Positions 23,490 through 36,566 of a DNA stretch of 36,566 nt are shown one piece after another (within the stretch, counting starts at the first letter, position 1; each line of letters begins with the position of its first letter). The position numbers and the translations under genes were made by a program. The notes under the pieces are model-generated. The model saw nothing but the letters and a program-made list of their open reading frames with translations. It ran no database searches and was not told the origin of the DNA. Source of the DNA: Patellaria atrata CBS 101060 (Eukaryota). The stretch spans positions 148,098 through 184,663 of the forward strand of contig MU006108.1 of the NCBI GenBank assembly GCA_010093705.1, in the 5' to 3' direction.

Positions 23490-24460
23490 TCAAGAGAACT
23501 TCCAGCGATGTCCACAGTTCATGCACTCGCAGAAAGTCGTCATCGGTTCGTCAGCACTCCTTGTCTGTGCCTGACTATAGCTGACCTTCTTTTGACCGCA
23601 CTTGCCGCACTGCAGACTAGCACTGATACTCTTCTCCGCCTGCGCGACCATTGCGTTGTTCATGTTTTCCTGGTTGATCTTTGCGTCCTCAGCTCTCTGC
23701 TTGGCGGACTTGAGCTCTTCGTGGGACATGCGCACGAATTGATACGGTGTGATGTCCCCAGATAGCACACGTTTGCGCAGGTCAGGGTTAGACTTGCTCT
23801 TCAGGTTCTGGAAGAGTGAGCGCATTTTGGATTTGTAGGGTTCGCTTGTTTCGGGCTGGTAGGCATTGAAAGCCGCGAGCTCGACTTCACGAGCCATGCG
23901 CAAGACATCATCTGGAGCTATTCCGGGCGAGTCAGTCACCCTGAGTTGCTTTCTCGTGTGCTAGTATTCTTTAAAAACTTACATTCCTCCGACATGTGTG
24001 CCAGGCCATTGTACATCAACTTCAAGCAGTTATCTCTTGTCACGTTGCCCGTGAGCTTGTAGTCGATCCCGTCGGTCTTGCAATCGCGCTGCTCGGGGGG
24101 CACGCTAAGTTTGGCCTTCACCTTCGGCTTTGGAGGTACGGGGGATGGCGCGGGGGATGCTGTCGCGGTTGCAGTAGTCCCATTGCTTGACTTGGGGGTA
24201 GATGAACCTGTTCCCGACTTGCGTACGTCACCTCGCCATTTCGACACAAGTTCGCTAGCTTGACGCGCAATTGCAGGATCCTTGTGTTGCTTCAATTTGT
24301 TAACCGTGACACCGATACGAGTGGAGCGCAGAAGTTCCTCTGAGGCCACGACTCCTTTGCGAAGTTCCTCGAGTTGATTCAGGATGGTCGATGAAGGTTC
24401 GCCGCCGGAGAAAGCCTTGGTGATGGCTTTGCCTCTGAGTTCCACCTCCTTTGAATCCAT
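23490..24460 (-). CDS. DST1: Transcription elongation factor TFIIS; exons 24460-23983, 23917-23490
   Basis: LLRSTRIGVTVNK domain I; Zn ribbon CGKC..QTRSADEPMTTFCECMNCGHRWKF. GTAAGT..ACTGAC..TAG intron. Confidence 0.96.
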
Positions 24461-24770
24461 GGTACTGGGAGACAACCCGGATGTGGATACCTGAGAGAGT
24501 AAGACCAATTCAGATATTATCTGGGTGGTGTTGAACTTGGGTTGAGTGTCGTGTGGCAGTTTGATGCTCAAGGAACTAAAAGGTTGGCGTTCGCGGATTT
24601 AAAGTTTTAAGCCGCATTTTTTGGGTGGAGCGGCAACGACCGCGTTCTGTAGCTCTTTCTTCACACTTAAGTTATCCTCCATATTTTTACCGTTGTTCCT
24701 TCAAACGCCAGAAACATACACCCACCGCAATTCCCTTTAACCACGTCTTCAAGTTTACAATTTGAACATA

Positions 24771-25448
24771 ATGGCGGAAAATGCTCCCCCGGGTACCAAC
24801 GGTGCTAACGGCACTTCAGATGCAGCGCGTGGTCAGCCATATTATGAAAAGTTACGACGTGATCTACGTGATGCTATCCAGAAAAAGCGAATATTGGATC
24901 AAAATATGGTAAGAATGCTCCGATATCACCTCAGAGTCATGTAACCTAATTTCATCACCTCTAGGCAAACCTAGAAGATACCATATACAAAATCGAATCA
25001 TCTTATCTTGAAGAAGCCAGTGCAGGCAACATAATCAAGGGATTCGATAGTTATATCAAAGGATCAACAGGAGGCATTGCCGGTGGGACTGGTGGTGGAA
25101 CTGCAACACGGAGGAAAGCCACTATAAGCGATGCTGATCGAATATTCAGCCGAAGCTCCGCGAGCTTTAATAATGTAAGATGGATGAGGCTGAGACTCAT
25201 GGTCGACAGAGGTTGACATACGTGTCTAGGATTCTCCAGCAGCAACTTCAGCTCAGACGACACCATCACATGCTCCAACACCGACTTCATCCTTTCCAAG
25301 TGCACGGGAAAGCAATCAACCAACACCCAGCAGTAGTGCACCAAGCAAAACTGCCGGGAACAAGAAGAAGAAGTCCATAGATAAGGACGAGGATGATACA
25401 GATACAAAACCAGCAAAAAGGGGCAAAATTACGTACGGGCGGGATTGA
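24771..25448 (+). CDS. EAF6: NuA4/NuA3 subunit Eaf6; exons 24771-24908, 24965-25174, 25230-25448
   Basis: LEDTIYKIESSYLEE..GNIIKGFDSY..DRIFSRSS; two GTAAGA..CTAG introns in frame. Confidence 0.92.
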
Positions 25449-28400
25449 GATCATGTATCTGAGGACCTCTCCCGACACAGCGAACCTGGAGGAGAATTAT
25501 TCTTCGTCCGGGGATCACAGAGTGAAGGTATCTTGGTGATAATGCGATTGGTAGGTCATGCTTATTCATTCGTAGTAGTAGCTCGAAGGTCGATTTCGAA
25601 CCCATAAAGAGCCCACAAATAGGCCGCAAAAGATCGTCAAAAGATCGTCAACGGCCATCAAAAGAGCAACCAGGACGTGTCCACAGATAGCAATCTGGGT
25701 GTTGAAATAAGCTCAAAGACGGGTGGTGCGAACATACGGGAGCTAAAGGAAGATGTCGGTGATCGTTGTGCGATCAACGCAGATCAGAAAGGTACTTCGA
25801 CGTATTGTTTACGTACTTTGTACACAACTCTTAAAGACTCAAGCATTTAAGTCAACAAATTCTTATACGAAAGTTTACTGCTCGTCTTTCTACAAAGGTC
25901 TAAGTCATTCTGCTGTTGATTATATTGTACCTATATATGTATAGAAGCACTTAGGGAACATTCAGTTTGATCTTACATTGTGAATCATTCGCATGGACTA
26001 TACCTTTCCTCTCTCGTCCGTGTTATTATAGCAAGCATATCTCGATTTATGTGAGACAACTCGCGTCGAACACACCTCTTCTAGCTCTTCCAGGTTATAT
26101 ATATCACGTTTTACACCACGAGAACGTGCAACCACTATGATTTCAAGACATGATCCCAATGGGTGGATCCCAGTTCTTTAAGGTCTACCGTTCTATTCTC
26201 AGTACAAACTGTTTCTACACCCGCTCCTTGAAGAGATAATAGTCTGTCAGCAATAGCAGACCTCATTCAAACCAACCCCGACTAGCGCAGAGGAGACCTA
26301 CACCATGACGCTTATGTAACAGACGACAACTCCCACAAAATCACCGTGCTTCGAGGAACAGAACAACTCAACCTTACATGCAGATATGTACGGCCATCCT
26401 CTCAGAGACACCCGCTCGTATCTTCTTACCGCGCTTCTAAGGTAAGTTTCGAGAAGGGCAGAAAAGGGCAAAAGCATGCGCGCAAATAGAAGGATCCCGG
26501 TAACAGATTCCGGCGTACCGCAGCACCGAAGCAAGCCGTGAACCGAACAACCTTGGACATAAGGATGCAGCTTCCCGTCTCCACTGTCCAACCTCCTCAT
26601 TATTCCCACCACCACCAGAGTGGTATTCGAAGCAGCTATATCATCGTACAGGAGGGGGGATAGGCATAGGAGTGAGAAGTAGTAAGAAAGTGATGCCAAC
26701 TGTCAACTACCGCGTCGTACGGACTCGGGAACAAAAATCGCACATCTTGACCTCATCCCCTGCCTGATGCTGGGAACCTGGAGAAGGCTGCCTTACAGTA
26801 CTGAAGACGGAGGGAGCTGTACCGGTAGTCTGTTCAGTTACTGTAGCCCAAACGCACCCCTAACCGTTGACATCACATCCCCAACCCAAAAACCGCCGAT
26901 CCGCTTCCTTCCCGTCGAGAAGTTTCAAGTAGTTGAAAAGCTACCTACGTAAGCCTTTCCGGGTGTAAGTCACCAGAAAAAGACTGAGGGACGGTCACGT
27001 GCCTATGACATAAGTATCCACGTACCCGCGCTCCCTTAATTTAGAGAGAGCGGCAAGTGTGAAGGTCGATCAGGGTCTACGCTAAAAAAAGCGCCACCGA
27101 CGCCATAAGAGTCTTGGCGGTGGGTGGGAGGAGGGGTGCGTTAGAAGGGTAATCCTGGTTATGAGAGACCGGGTCGTTGATGGTTCGTTGTTTGGTGTCA
27201 AGGGTTATTTATTATTGAGCACTTTTCGGGGAGGGAGGGAGGTGCATCGGCCTTACGTATGAAAGTTTTGTTGTCACTGTTGTCACTCGTTACGGGGTGG
27301 GTGTTTTGGGTTGTGTTCATCATGTCGGGTCTCTGAATCCTAAGGTAAGATGAGATATGAAACATGGCTCATAGGGAGATTCAATTCGTAGTAGTGATTC
27401 GAAAATGAAGACTCTCTCTATCCAAAACGTTCCGTATGGTAATATCTCCTTACCTTTAGGATACGCATGTACGAACAATTGCACGCCTTACCTGAGAACT
27501 TGCATGTTCGGCCCCCTTTATCCTGACGTCCCACTGATATTAACCCGACACAGCGAAACACAGTACTCCGTACCTTTAGTTCTACAGCTGCTATGATGCT
27601 ATAGTACGTACTATAGGTAGATAACGATACAGTACTTGGGACACGTCAAAGTGGAGGTAAACAACTTTAAACCTCCGGGATATTCCCTCTCCCGCAACCA
27701 AAAAAAAAGAAAGAAAGAAAGTCGCACTGTAACCCTAACCACGCCTTTCCCGTTCGGCACCTCCCATCCGGCATGTCCAAGCTCGTTGCGCTGCGCTTCG
27801 TCCCATCCCCGCTCATCTCAACACCCTTCCATTTCCACCTCCTATCTCGGGAGAAAAAGGTTGAAGAATCCAAGGAGTTCCAAAGCTTTTGGTGAGTTTA
27901 AGGTGTCTAGTGGGGGAGATATCCGGATCGGAACTCTCTAGGTAAGATGAAAAGTAGAGGTAGTCTCTGCTGCAAGGTGAGCAAATCGTAGTTTACACTC
28001 TTCTGCGGTAAGGCGACGCAAGGCGTAACCTTATCTCAATAATCTTGTCAGACGCGGATTCGGCGTGAGGATTCGTGGGACGCGCAGGGTCGTACATGAC
28101 GAAGGTGTCCCCTCGTGCGGGACGGACGGCCCAAAATTTAAGGGGAAAAGGTAAGGTAGGTTATACAATGGAAGTTCATGATCGTGTTAAACAGTTCAGC
28201 ATCAAGGGGCGACAATAGCGGTCAGAAATGATAGGTACAAACAGATCTATTGTTCAGGTCACTTCTAACAGCTGAAATGAGCGTTTCTTGCTTGCGAAAG
28301 CAGTAACAGTCTAGCTATTCGTTCGGTTATCGCCGAAGCCAGTAGTAAGGTGATGATCATCAACCTTCCAAAACAGAGTGAGCGGGTCCATAGCTCATCA

Positions 28401-28957
28401 ACCTTCTTCCTATCGTACACAGATACAATCGCCCTGCGGACCTCAGAGCGAGAAGGAGCGTCTAATATAATGTAAAACTCAGACCGTTGATATGGTCAGC
28501 CGCCCCCAAGCCCCACCCAATTCAAGATAAACAAGCAATCGCTATGAAACCCCAGGTTCCCATTATCAAAGTCGTCAAAAAATACAATGGTAATACAACA
28601 TCGAGTGTGAGAAGTGAATATTGTACGAACGCCCGCTTGCCGATCCCGGAACGCCATACTTACACATGGGCCAGTCCACGTGCTGAAAGGGATATTCGTA
28701 ACGATCGTAGAGAATTAAATAAATAAGGTAATCCGATCCCAAGAACTCTTTCTGTCCAGAAAGAAAATGAGGCCCCAGTCTAGAGATCGCCCGAGAACAT
28801 AATGCAAACAACGGGGAAAGGATATCTCGAATGAGCACGCTGGAAAAGAACTGCTGAAAAGGGATTGCCGAGTCTGGAAGCGTGAAAGGATGGCGAATTA
28901 CTTTTAAAAAGGCAATATTACAACAGAAAAGACGTAAACAAATCATCATCGGTAGAT

Positions 28958-30140
28958 TTACATGTCGTCCGGTGACGGTGGGTCTCGTTCGCCCTTGTGC
29001 ACCTTCCTATGTCGTCTAAGGTTTGATACGACAGAGAAGTGGCGACCACAACCTTCAACTTCACAAGCAAATGCTGGAAATGGTGTCAGTAAGGTATTCC
29101 AAAAATTACATAGTGAAGAGGGTACTTTAAAACTTACGCTTTTCGCCTGTATGACTGTACATATGTGTCTGCAGAGAGCTTGGGCGGGTGAATCGCTTAT
29201 CGCAAATCTTGCACTTATGCTTTTTCTGAGAGCTTGAGGACACCTTTGAACTGAACTGACCCATCATGGACTGAGGTGCAGGTGGAAGATTGGTACCCAC
29301 AAGAGCGTTCGGTCTTGGTAGAGTTCGGGAGTTCATGGCGTCAACGGATTCGGAAGCCGAGCTATAATCTGTCACGGAACCTTCGCCGACAGAGCCGTTA
29401 TAGTACGAAGGGTACGTGCTCGCTGAGGAGATGGAAGAATGAGCGGAGTGAGTCGACGGGAAGCCGTAGGAGTCCGTCGAATTTCGGGGATTCATGTTGC
29501 CGTAAATATTCCTGGGGGTAATATCTTGGCTCATTGCAACCATTCCTCGTCCAGCGTCAATGGCTTCGCTGAAGCTGTTGCGCTGTGATTGAGTCTGCAG
29601 TCTGTTTAAGTCAACTAACGAGTTCTGGCGTTGTTTTAGGGTATCAAGGGGACCGAGGAAGGTTGCTGAGGTTACTGACGGGTGCGATGAACGGCGTGAA
29701 GTATTCTGGCCGTAATTATAGGAGCTGGTCCGAGTATTGTCGTAGTCCACAGCATAATGTGGCGCCGATGTAGGTGCAAAAGTGGATGAACTCGGCGACG
29801 TCGATGTATACGAGCTTCCGTACGCAGGCCTTGAGGGATTTAAAAGATCTTGCGAGGTTGCCAGTGAGTTTTGTGCTTCGTAGAGTCCAGATGAGGGATT
29901 CATACTTGCTCCTAGAGAGGGTCCTGAGACAGGAACGCCAGGGAAAGGAATCGACATTGTTGTTGATCTTGTTGATTCGGAATGCGGCGCGACAGAAGAT
30001 GAATAGACTTGCGACGGATTCTGCGTTGAAGGTGCGGAGACCCACGGATTCGTGAACTGAGGTGGCTGTGGATATCGTAAATGATCGTAACCGAGGCCGC
30101 TTAATTGAGACTGTTGTCTGTTGTCTACTGATAGAGCCAT
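28958..30140 (-). CDS. flbC: Two-finger C2H2 transcription factor, FlbC/FLE1-like; exons 30140-29138, 29073-28958
   Basis: KKHKCKICDKRFTRPSSLQTHMYSHTGEK|PFACEVEGCGRHFSVVSNLRRHRKVH at the C-terminus of a ~370-aa S/Q/Y-rich protein. C2H2 call is firm; FlbC orthology is from recall. Confidence 0.75.
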
Positions 30141-33100
30141 TGAGATATCTGAGCTGAACAATTGCTTCGAAGCATGTACTCCTTTCGAAAGTTCAACGTT
30201 TCTCACAATCGGTGAGATGGACTGATGTGTACAAGAAAACGTGGGGTCAGACGATCAATCGCGGTCGACGTGCGGATCAGCGATATTTTAGAGTTGTGAG
30301 AGGTCTTCCGATCGAAGTTCCAGTGATAGGGAGAACTGATAAAGGGTCACGATGGCGGGTTGCTCAGCCTGCCGATCTTGAACGTTTGGAGATTATGCAA
30401 GCCTGCGAGACGGTAGGAACCTGAATCTAATTATTGTGCCCTGATCGTGTGACGGAGAAGGCGCTGGAGCTTGTGTTTCAGGAGGGCTGCAAATAATAGG
30501 AACAGCACTTGGAGAGGAAAGAAGAGACGGTGGCCAACGATAGCTGTATGGGTAGATGGCGAAGCGGACGATCCACGAGAGGATGGATGCGGAGTAGTCT
30601 TGAGGAAGTAGTGATATTCGGACGCTTTGATATATCTGTGGTTGATGTTCAGGTGACAAAGTTGCTAGCTTGAAAAGGCGGTCTAGGATTGGCTATTACA
30701 GTTGGGTAGATATGGGGTAGATTTGATGTTGATCACTGGAGAGAGGAGTGAAAGGATGAGAGTGGAGAGGGAGAGCGGACGATTATGTATCAATCAGTCG
30801 AAAACGAATCAAGCCTGAAGTCTAGGATGAATTGAGCGGAGAGGGGGGTAGAATGAACATGACAGAGGTGACAGAAATGGCGCTTTGGACATGATGACTT
30901 CCTAACAGACCCCATGCACCGGCACAGAAAGTAGAAAGTGAGGATGATGGAAGACGTTGTTGGCTTGAGCGCACCAGTTAGTGCTTGGGTGGATTAAGTT
31001 ACGTCGTTGCCATCATAGCGCTGCAATGGCTTGAAGCCACCATTTCTTGGGTGACAGGCCTATCCTTGAGTCCCCCGTGTTCTCTTTGCCTAAGCCGTAC
31101 TAGCTCATTTTAAGGGCTTTTTTGAGGGGGGGCAGGATTCTTAGCTGCATTTTACTGGGGAGAACTGAGCTAGGGGCATCTTTTGGGGGGACAATCCGCA
31201 CATATGCCGTGTATACTCTGTATACTTGTACAACTAGTAAATACAAGGCTAAGGGGGTTCAGGGCTTACCAGGATTTGTGATTGACGGAAGGCTTTTCGG
31301 TGCTTTGTTCACAACTTTACAGAGGCCTCTCATCCATGGGCCCTGGGTTGTTGCTTGGCTGTAAATTTGGATCAAGTATTGAAGCTTGACCTTAGCTGGA
31401 GGTTACTGTTTCTGACGGCCGCCCAACATGTCTCCATACTACTGGTTTAACAAAATACCGTACTGGGGGTCATTTCAGCTGCTAGCTTGACTCTTGGGGG
31501 ACCTGAAAAAAGTTGGAAAGTACTGAACAAAACCCGTCCAACCAGAAATACCACGCACCGGCCGACAAAGAAGGCAGGTCTAATGCCCATACGGTACGGT
31601 ACTCTTGTTCGAGCACTAGAGGTTCTCGAAAGATAGTCTGCAGGAATAAAGATGTGTTTTGCAGCAAAAGAGAGGGATGGATGGCCAAGATACCAACATC
31701 TAGCGGACAGGGTACGGTAAGCATCCGCATATTGACACAAGTTGACTGGTTGTCAACGGTCAAAGGGTGGGATAGCTGTTATTCGTACAAAAGTACCAGT
31801 CCTGTCGATGAGGTAAGATATCGACCTTCGAGAAACATCCCCGCCAACAGATAACCCGGTTTGCGAAGTTGCCGGCCTTTTGTTGCTAGGTAACTCTCTA
31901 GTTCTTTTTCCCGGTACTGTCTTATTCCACTTTATTTTATCAATTCTTGTGGCAAATATTCTTGTCTAGTTCTCTCTTGATATTTAAGAGTTGTCATCAT
32001 ATTCATCATCATTTCATCTATAATTCTACTTTATGGTATCGAGATTAGGCCAGGAATTACGGTAGGGAGAAATGCGTTCATCCCTCCCGCACGGTCGTCA
32101 CTGTTGGCGGCGTCGGCGGCAGAGCCAAGGGCACACGCTGACGAAATTTAGTCAATCAACTCTCATCAAATCAGCCTCCTCAAGCTTTGAGAGATCTCAC
32201 AAAGTATGTACACCGCTAGCCTCAGAACTTGAGCAAGTGCTCATCCATTTTCGGATTAGTTTTATGGCGGCATTCCTCTTTGAGATAGCCCTCTCAGTCC
32301 GGATTCTGCACGTTTCGCCGCCACGATATTCAGTACATCCACAGTCAAGAAGCCTAACTTTAGTCTTTTTCATCCTGTGAGCCATGACCGTATCTTCTTT
32401 TTAAATCTCCGCCACGATCATTCCTCTTTGACAGAGGTTGACATCTGGCTCCCGTTGAGTCCAAGGTCACACACGCCGTCACGCCGTCTCCATGTGCTAG
32501 GAGCTTCAGTGATTCCTATTTGCAGCCAAGCAACCTTTCTTATCTCCAAGTGAAGCTATTTCTTGACGTACTGTACAAGAGAACTTACGAAGCGGCTCTA
32601 ACAGAACAAGAAAATCTGGTAGATATACATTTACCGTATGCTAGCTCTTCTAGCGTCCTCTCTCCGCTTCATGAACATAAGTTTATTATTATTGGCCGTG
32701 ACGAGGAGATACATATTGACTTGCAGCAGTTCTGCACCTCTGCAATGTCCCTCTGCCGTGCGGTCGTCATTATTGGGCGCGTCAACCACAGCGGCAGCCC
32801 AATCCTCTAGCCTCTTCATTATTACAGTAGATGACCCCTGATGCACCCGCAAGTGCTGATTAGCGTACTGGAAAGCACACCAGTGTTTGATCACCATCAC
32901 CATTACCTGACTAGGCCTCTTACATTTCCCTTCCCCACGAGCAGGCTGGATGGATCTTCATCATCTTCCGAAATCTTTCTCAGACAGCGCAGACACAGGC
33001 TGTAGCCCTTCAAGGGTCTAACCGTTCAACGATATTCAAATCTCTTTCTTGCAGGGAACTTGAATATGTGACGAAACTAAAACTTTTCTGGAATGCTGCA

Positions 33101-36100
33101 ACGAATCAGGATAACGGTAGGGGAATTTTCTTGAGGAAATAAGTACACATGCGATTAAGATGTACAATTTCCGGTATCTTCTTTATTATTATTATTCGAT
33201 ATGCAGTGCGCGATTGATACCTCGCAGATGTTGCAGTCGCATTATCGGATCTGCTTCAAAAAACGTCCAGACAAGCTCCGTACGGTTATCAGTCTAGAGG
33301 ACGATAACAAACTTCAAATTTGGAAGAAGCGGCGGTGTGTTTACCATTAGGTCTTGCATCGTCACTAATGTACTATCATCGTGATATCTTGCAAGAGTTC
33401 CGTTTTAGTTATATCTCTACACCAGGAAAGCGCGCAAGACCAATCATTAATTTCATATTCAGGAACAAAAAAAAGGGTCGCAATACGCGGCCCATATATC
33501 TGCTGTATTGCATATAAGGATGCTCCGCAAGGGTCCAATAAGATATGATATGCCGCTATACTCTAAAGAGCCGCCACGAACCAGTGATGGGGAAAGCGGA
33601 TATACAGTAGATTTTGACCCACATTCTGTCCGAGTGACTGAATATCATTCGCGCGTTTTCTGACAGGGAGATAAAACATTTCCGTTACTGAGTGCACGGA
33701 AAAAAAAAATATATCATCATCAGCCGTAATAGCCAGCTTGGTGTTGTCCCAAGCTATCCGATTTGTGGTGTCGCGCGTCGGAACAAGTGCGGAGATCGAA
33801 GTTCCGCCCCGATGCCTTTTGACTTTCCGCCGAGCGAAATAAGTGGCTACGGCACGGAGTACTCTTTGAACAACAAAGGGAGTCACAGGAATTTGGCGTC
33901 ATCGTACATGTTTATGGTACCGAGACAACGGGCGCTTTTATCAACTAAAAACATTAATTTCTTTCAATTGTGCAGGTCCTAAGTCGGAGTTCGATGGACC
34001 AGGGAAACGAAGGCGGTTACTGAATCGCTGATAACTATTGCTTTGTGAGCTCTGTACGACACACAATAATTGCGGAAGTTGGGGACAGCCTACATAAGCT
34101 CCTATGTCGTCAGTCTGCACTTGTACAGCCTGTTCTCGAGAGATGATCGGACATCAGCACTCAAGAGCAATTCATCGTCAATTCATACCAGATACAGGGT
34201 ATTGTGAGAAGGTATTGTGAGAAGACATTCCTTATAATAGCTAACAGTGGCATGGATGACATCGATGTCCACGCCGTCTATCTTGCTAATGCTCTACGAC
34301 TGTGGCTATGAAGGTATATGACAGCTGAACTGAAAGTCACCTTTTTGCAGCCTTCAACGAGTTCGATGTAACCCACAAATGTGTCTGCCGCGGATACGCT
34401 TGAAATGTCCGTTGCCGCCGAAACCTTGAATTTTCCTCCAGTCTCCAGTGCTTCTTCACGCCACGGCAGAAAGCAGTTGAGGTAAGTACTGGTCATGGTG
34501 TCCAGTAAGGTGAACGGGCGGATACTTTTCGAGAATTCAGGCAAAGAGCAACCCCGGACGGCTTGTCGGCTTGGTAGATTCACTCCATCGCGATGATGCA
34601 TTCGCCAAAAAAGCCACCATGCCAGTGTTCAGGCCCTCGTACCAAATCAAGCCGCACTTTTGTCCTTTCCTGAAGTCCCAACCAGTCAAATATGATCTTT
34701 GGGAACAAGCCTCACAGTTGTCCCTGCAGCCAATTGCTACAGAGCACATCCCAGATGTCAAACAATTACAAGTACAGCGTTTATCTATCTTTACAGACAA
34801 ATACGAAGAACCCCTTGGCTACACAACAAGGACGCTATTTTCGAAGAACAGAGTGAGTTACTGCAGCGAAAATGACTAGGAGTTTCATCAATGACTGAAT
34901 CTTGAAAAGAAAAGAAAAGGAAAGACCAAAAGATTATAGTTAAGTTTGGATTGTGTCAGTTGCGGTCAGAACAAAGATGGAAATGATCACCGCTCACCCG
35001 CTGAGGTCCGGGTATACATTGAATTATCCGTCTGATTGGTCTATCGGGTCTATTTCTCCCACATTCAAAAGCACGAGCCCTATCAGCCTACCACATCTTA
35101 AAATCGTTCATCTCCAAATTCCCGAGTCAGTGTCACGCAGCAGCAAAGAATATTTTCGTGAGCCTGGTGAGCAATATCTGAAGAGATTCAAGGGAAACCG
35201 TGACCCCCTCGGTACCCAAGCCTCTGAAAAACCAATCACAAAGTTTGTTATGAAGAACCTTAATCCAGGTTCGCATCTAAAGTTCTCCACGGAATGCTCA
35301 AAGAGACACGAAAGGGTCCTGCAGACCTGCAACTCCCACAAAAGAGTCAAAGCACGTTCCGTTCAGATCTCCCAAGATTGACCAGCCACGCCAGCGCAAG
35401 CACGTCGATGAGAAAGGAAGGACGCTGTGTCCGAAACTCCAAATGCAATGTCAGCTTTACTTCCAACCAATCAGATGAGATGCCGTAGGTAATGATCGGA
35501 CACTGGGTTCCTGACACGGCAGACACGCAAAGCTGATGAACAGATGTGATGAACTTCCGCAGACCGTAACGGTCAGCTAGCCCAACAACGAAAGGAATCT
35601 CTCGACAGCATCATTTATCTGCAGAAAACACTAAACCCTTTTTGAACAGTAAACACTCAAGGTACTAACTTCCTAGGAACATTTAGCGCGGGTGTAATTG
35701 TAGGCAGAAACCTACTGTACATAGGGGTTTTTTTTTGGTCAAAGCTCCGGTTCAATACCTCATAACGCGGCATCTCATCTTTAATGTTTAATTCAACATC
35801 GACGATTCAGTTTAGGTGCGTTTCAGGTGTCCGCAAGCTATTTTGACCCTCTGCTTACGGTTGGGGATACTGTTGATTCGTTGAATCTCATCAAATCAAA
35901 CAATTTCTCCTTTTCTCTATCTGCAAATGCGAAAAACGGTCCTTTTACCGCCTTTCCAAAACCCCATGTAAATCACATCCCTAAGCTCTTACAGGCTTTA
36001 GGAAACAAGGAGAAATTAGCAGCATCGTTCGGACACCGAACTCACTCCGAAAAGAGTTTATCGGAACTCTATTATTGACAATATTATCTCTATCCTGTGG

Positions 36101-36566
36101 GATTGCTCTCAATTGCAGAGGGATAATGTACAGATAACGCGTCCCGACACGTTACCTTAACCTGTGACTTTTCACTATTCCACGTTTCGTCCGCAGGAAG
36201 CAATTGCTTATCACAACCTTCACAGCAACGGAAAATCCAGAACCTTATAGTAGAATTATAACAGGAATTTTAATATCACGCAGTGTGAACATGTAGAAAC
36301 AGCTGCATAGATACCACACCCCAACCTCCTCCACCCGCAACCATCGTTGACAAATCTTAGCTTTGCCGATCGCTATCCCCTTTTTCCTCAACGATCCTCG
36401 TAAAGGGTCCAAAGCTTCCAACGACCGACAAGTGACACAAGCTGTCAAGCACAGGTACCCGCCCATCTTTTCTCAAGAGAGGAATGATTTCTGCTCAGAC
36501 CGAGATTTCCTATCTGGATCTCCCTCGCGGTCCGTCTGCTGATCTGATCGGCAGGAAATGAGCCGG

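Noticed and set aside
24461..24571. N-terminal extension of TFIIS in the ORF track
   Set aside because: Starts at a non-ATG codon; ATG 24460 has good context (ACCATGG) and fits domain I
7410..25448. Small ORFs antisense to or overlapping the large genes
   Set aside because: Shadow ORFs of real coding sequence
27730..27740. Telomeric repeat TAACCCTAACC
   Set aside because: Fewer than two full units; expected by chance
34256..34852. Three-exon gene with an in-frame TGA (readthrough or pseudogene)
   Set aside because: Needs a 37-nt intron and one lacking a branch point; no recognisable protein
35686..35765. tRNA-Tyr-like element (CCTA-CTGTACA-TAGG hairpin, GGTTCAATACC)
   Set aside because: T-stem and acceptor stem do not pair, and an internal poly(T) would terminate Pol III

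Overview
Gene-dense window from a filamentous ascomycete (Pezizomycotina-type GT..CTRAC..YAG introns). Eleven spliced conserved genes were reconstructed by hand: a TM RING-H2 ligase, cyclophilin H, NOP14, an Scm3-domain protein, CPA2, LCL3, ARC35/ARPC2, DIP2/UTP12, DST1/TFIIS, EAF6 and an FlbC-like C2H2 factor. Three pairs are compact divergent head-to-head genes. The most unusual locus is 5030-7150 (minus strand). There an orphan 238-aa ORF, built from internal repeats and carrying candidate PP1-docking motifs, is followed by an apparently non-coding region with at least five canonical introns, a duplicated exon and paralogous introns. Also present are a tandem-repeat cluster (2403-3340), an AUG-free ~680-nt leader with an overlapping uORF before the FlbC-like gene, and long gene-free flanks around that gene. 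No transposon, tRNA, rRNA or CRISPR could be supported. Gene names come from recognised motifs; no database search was run.
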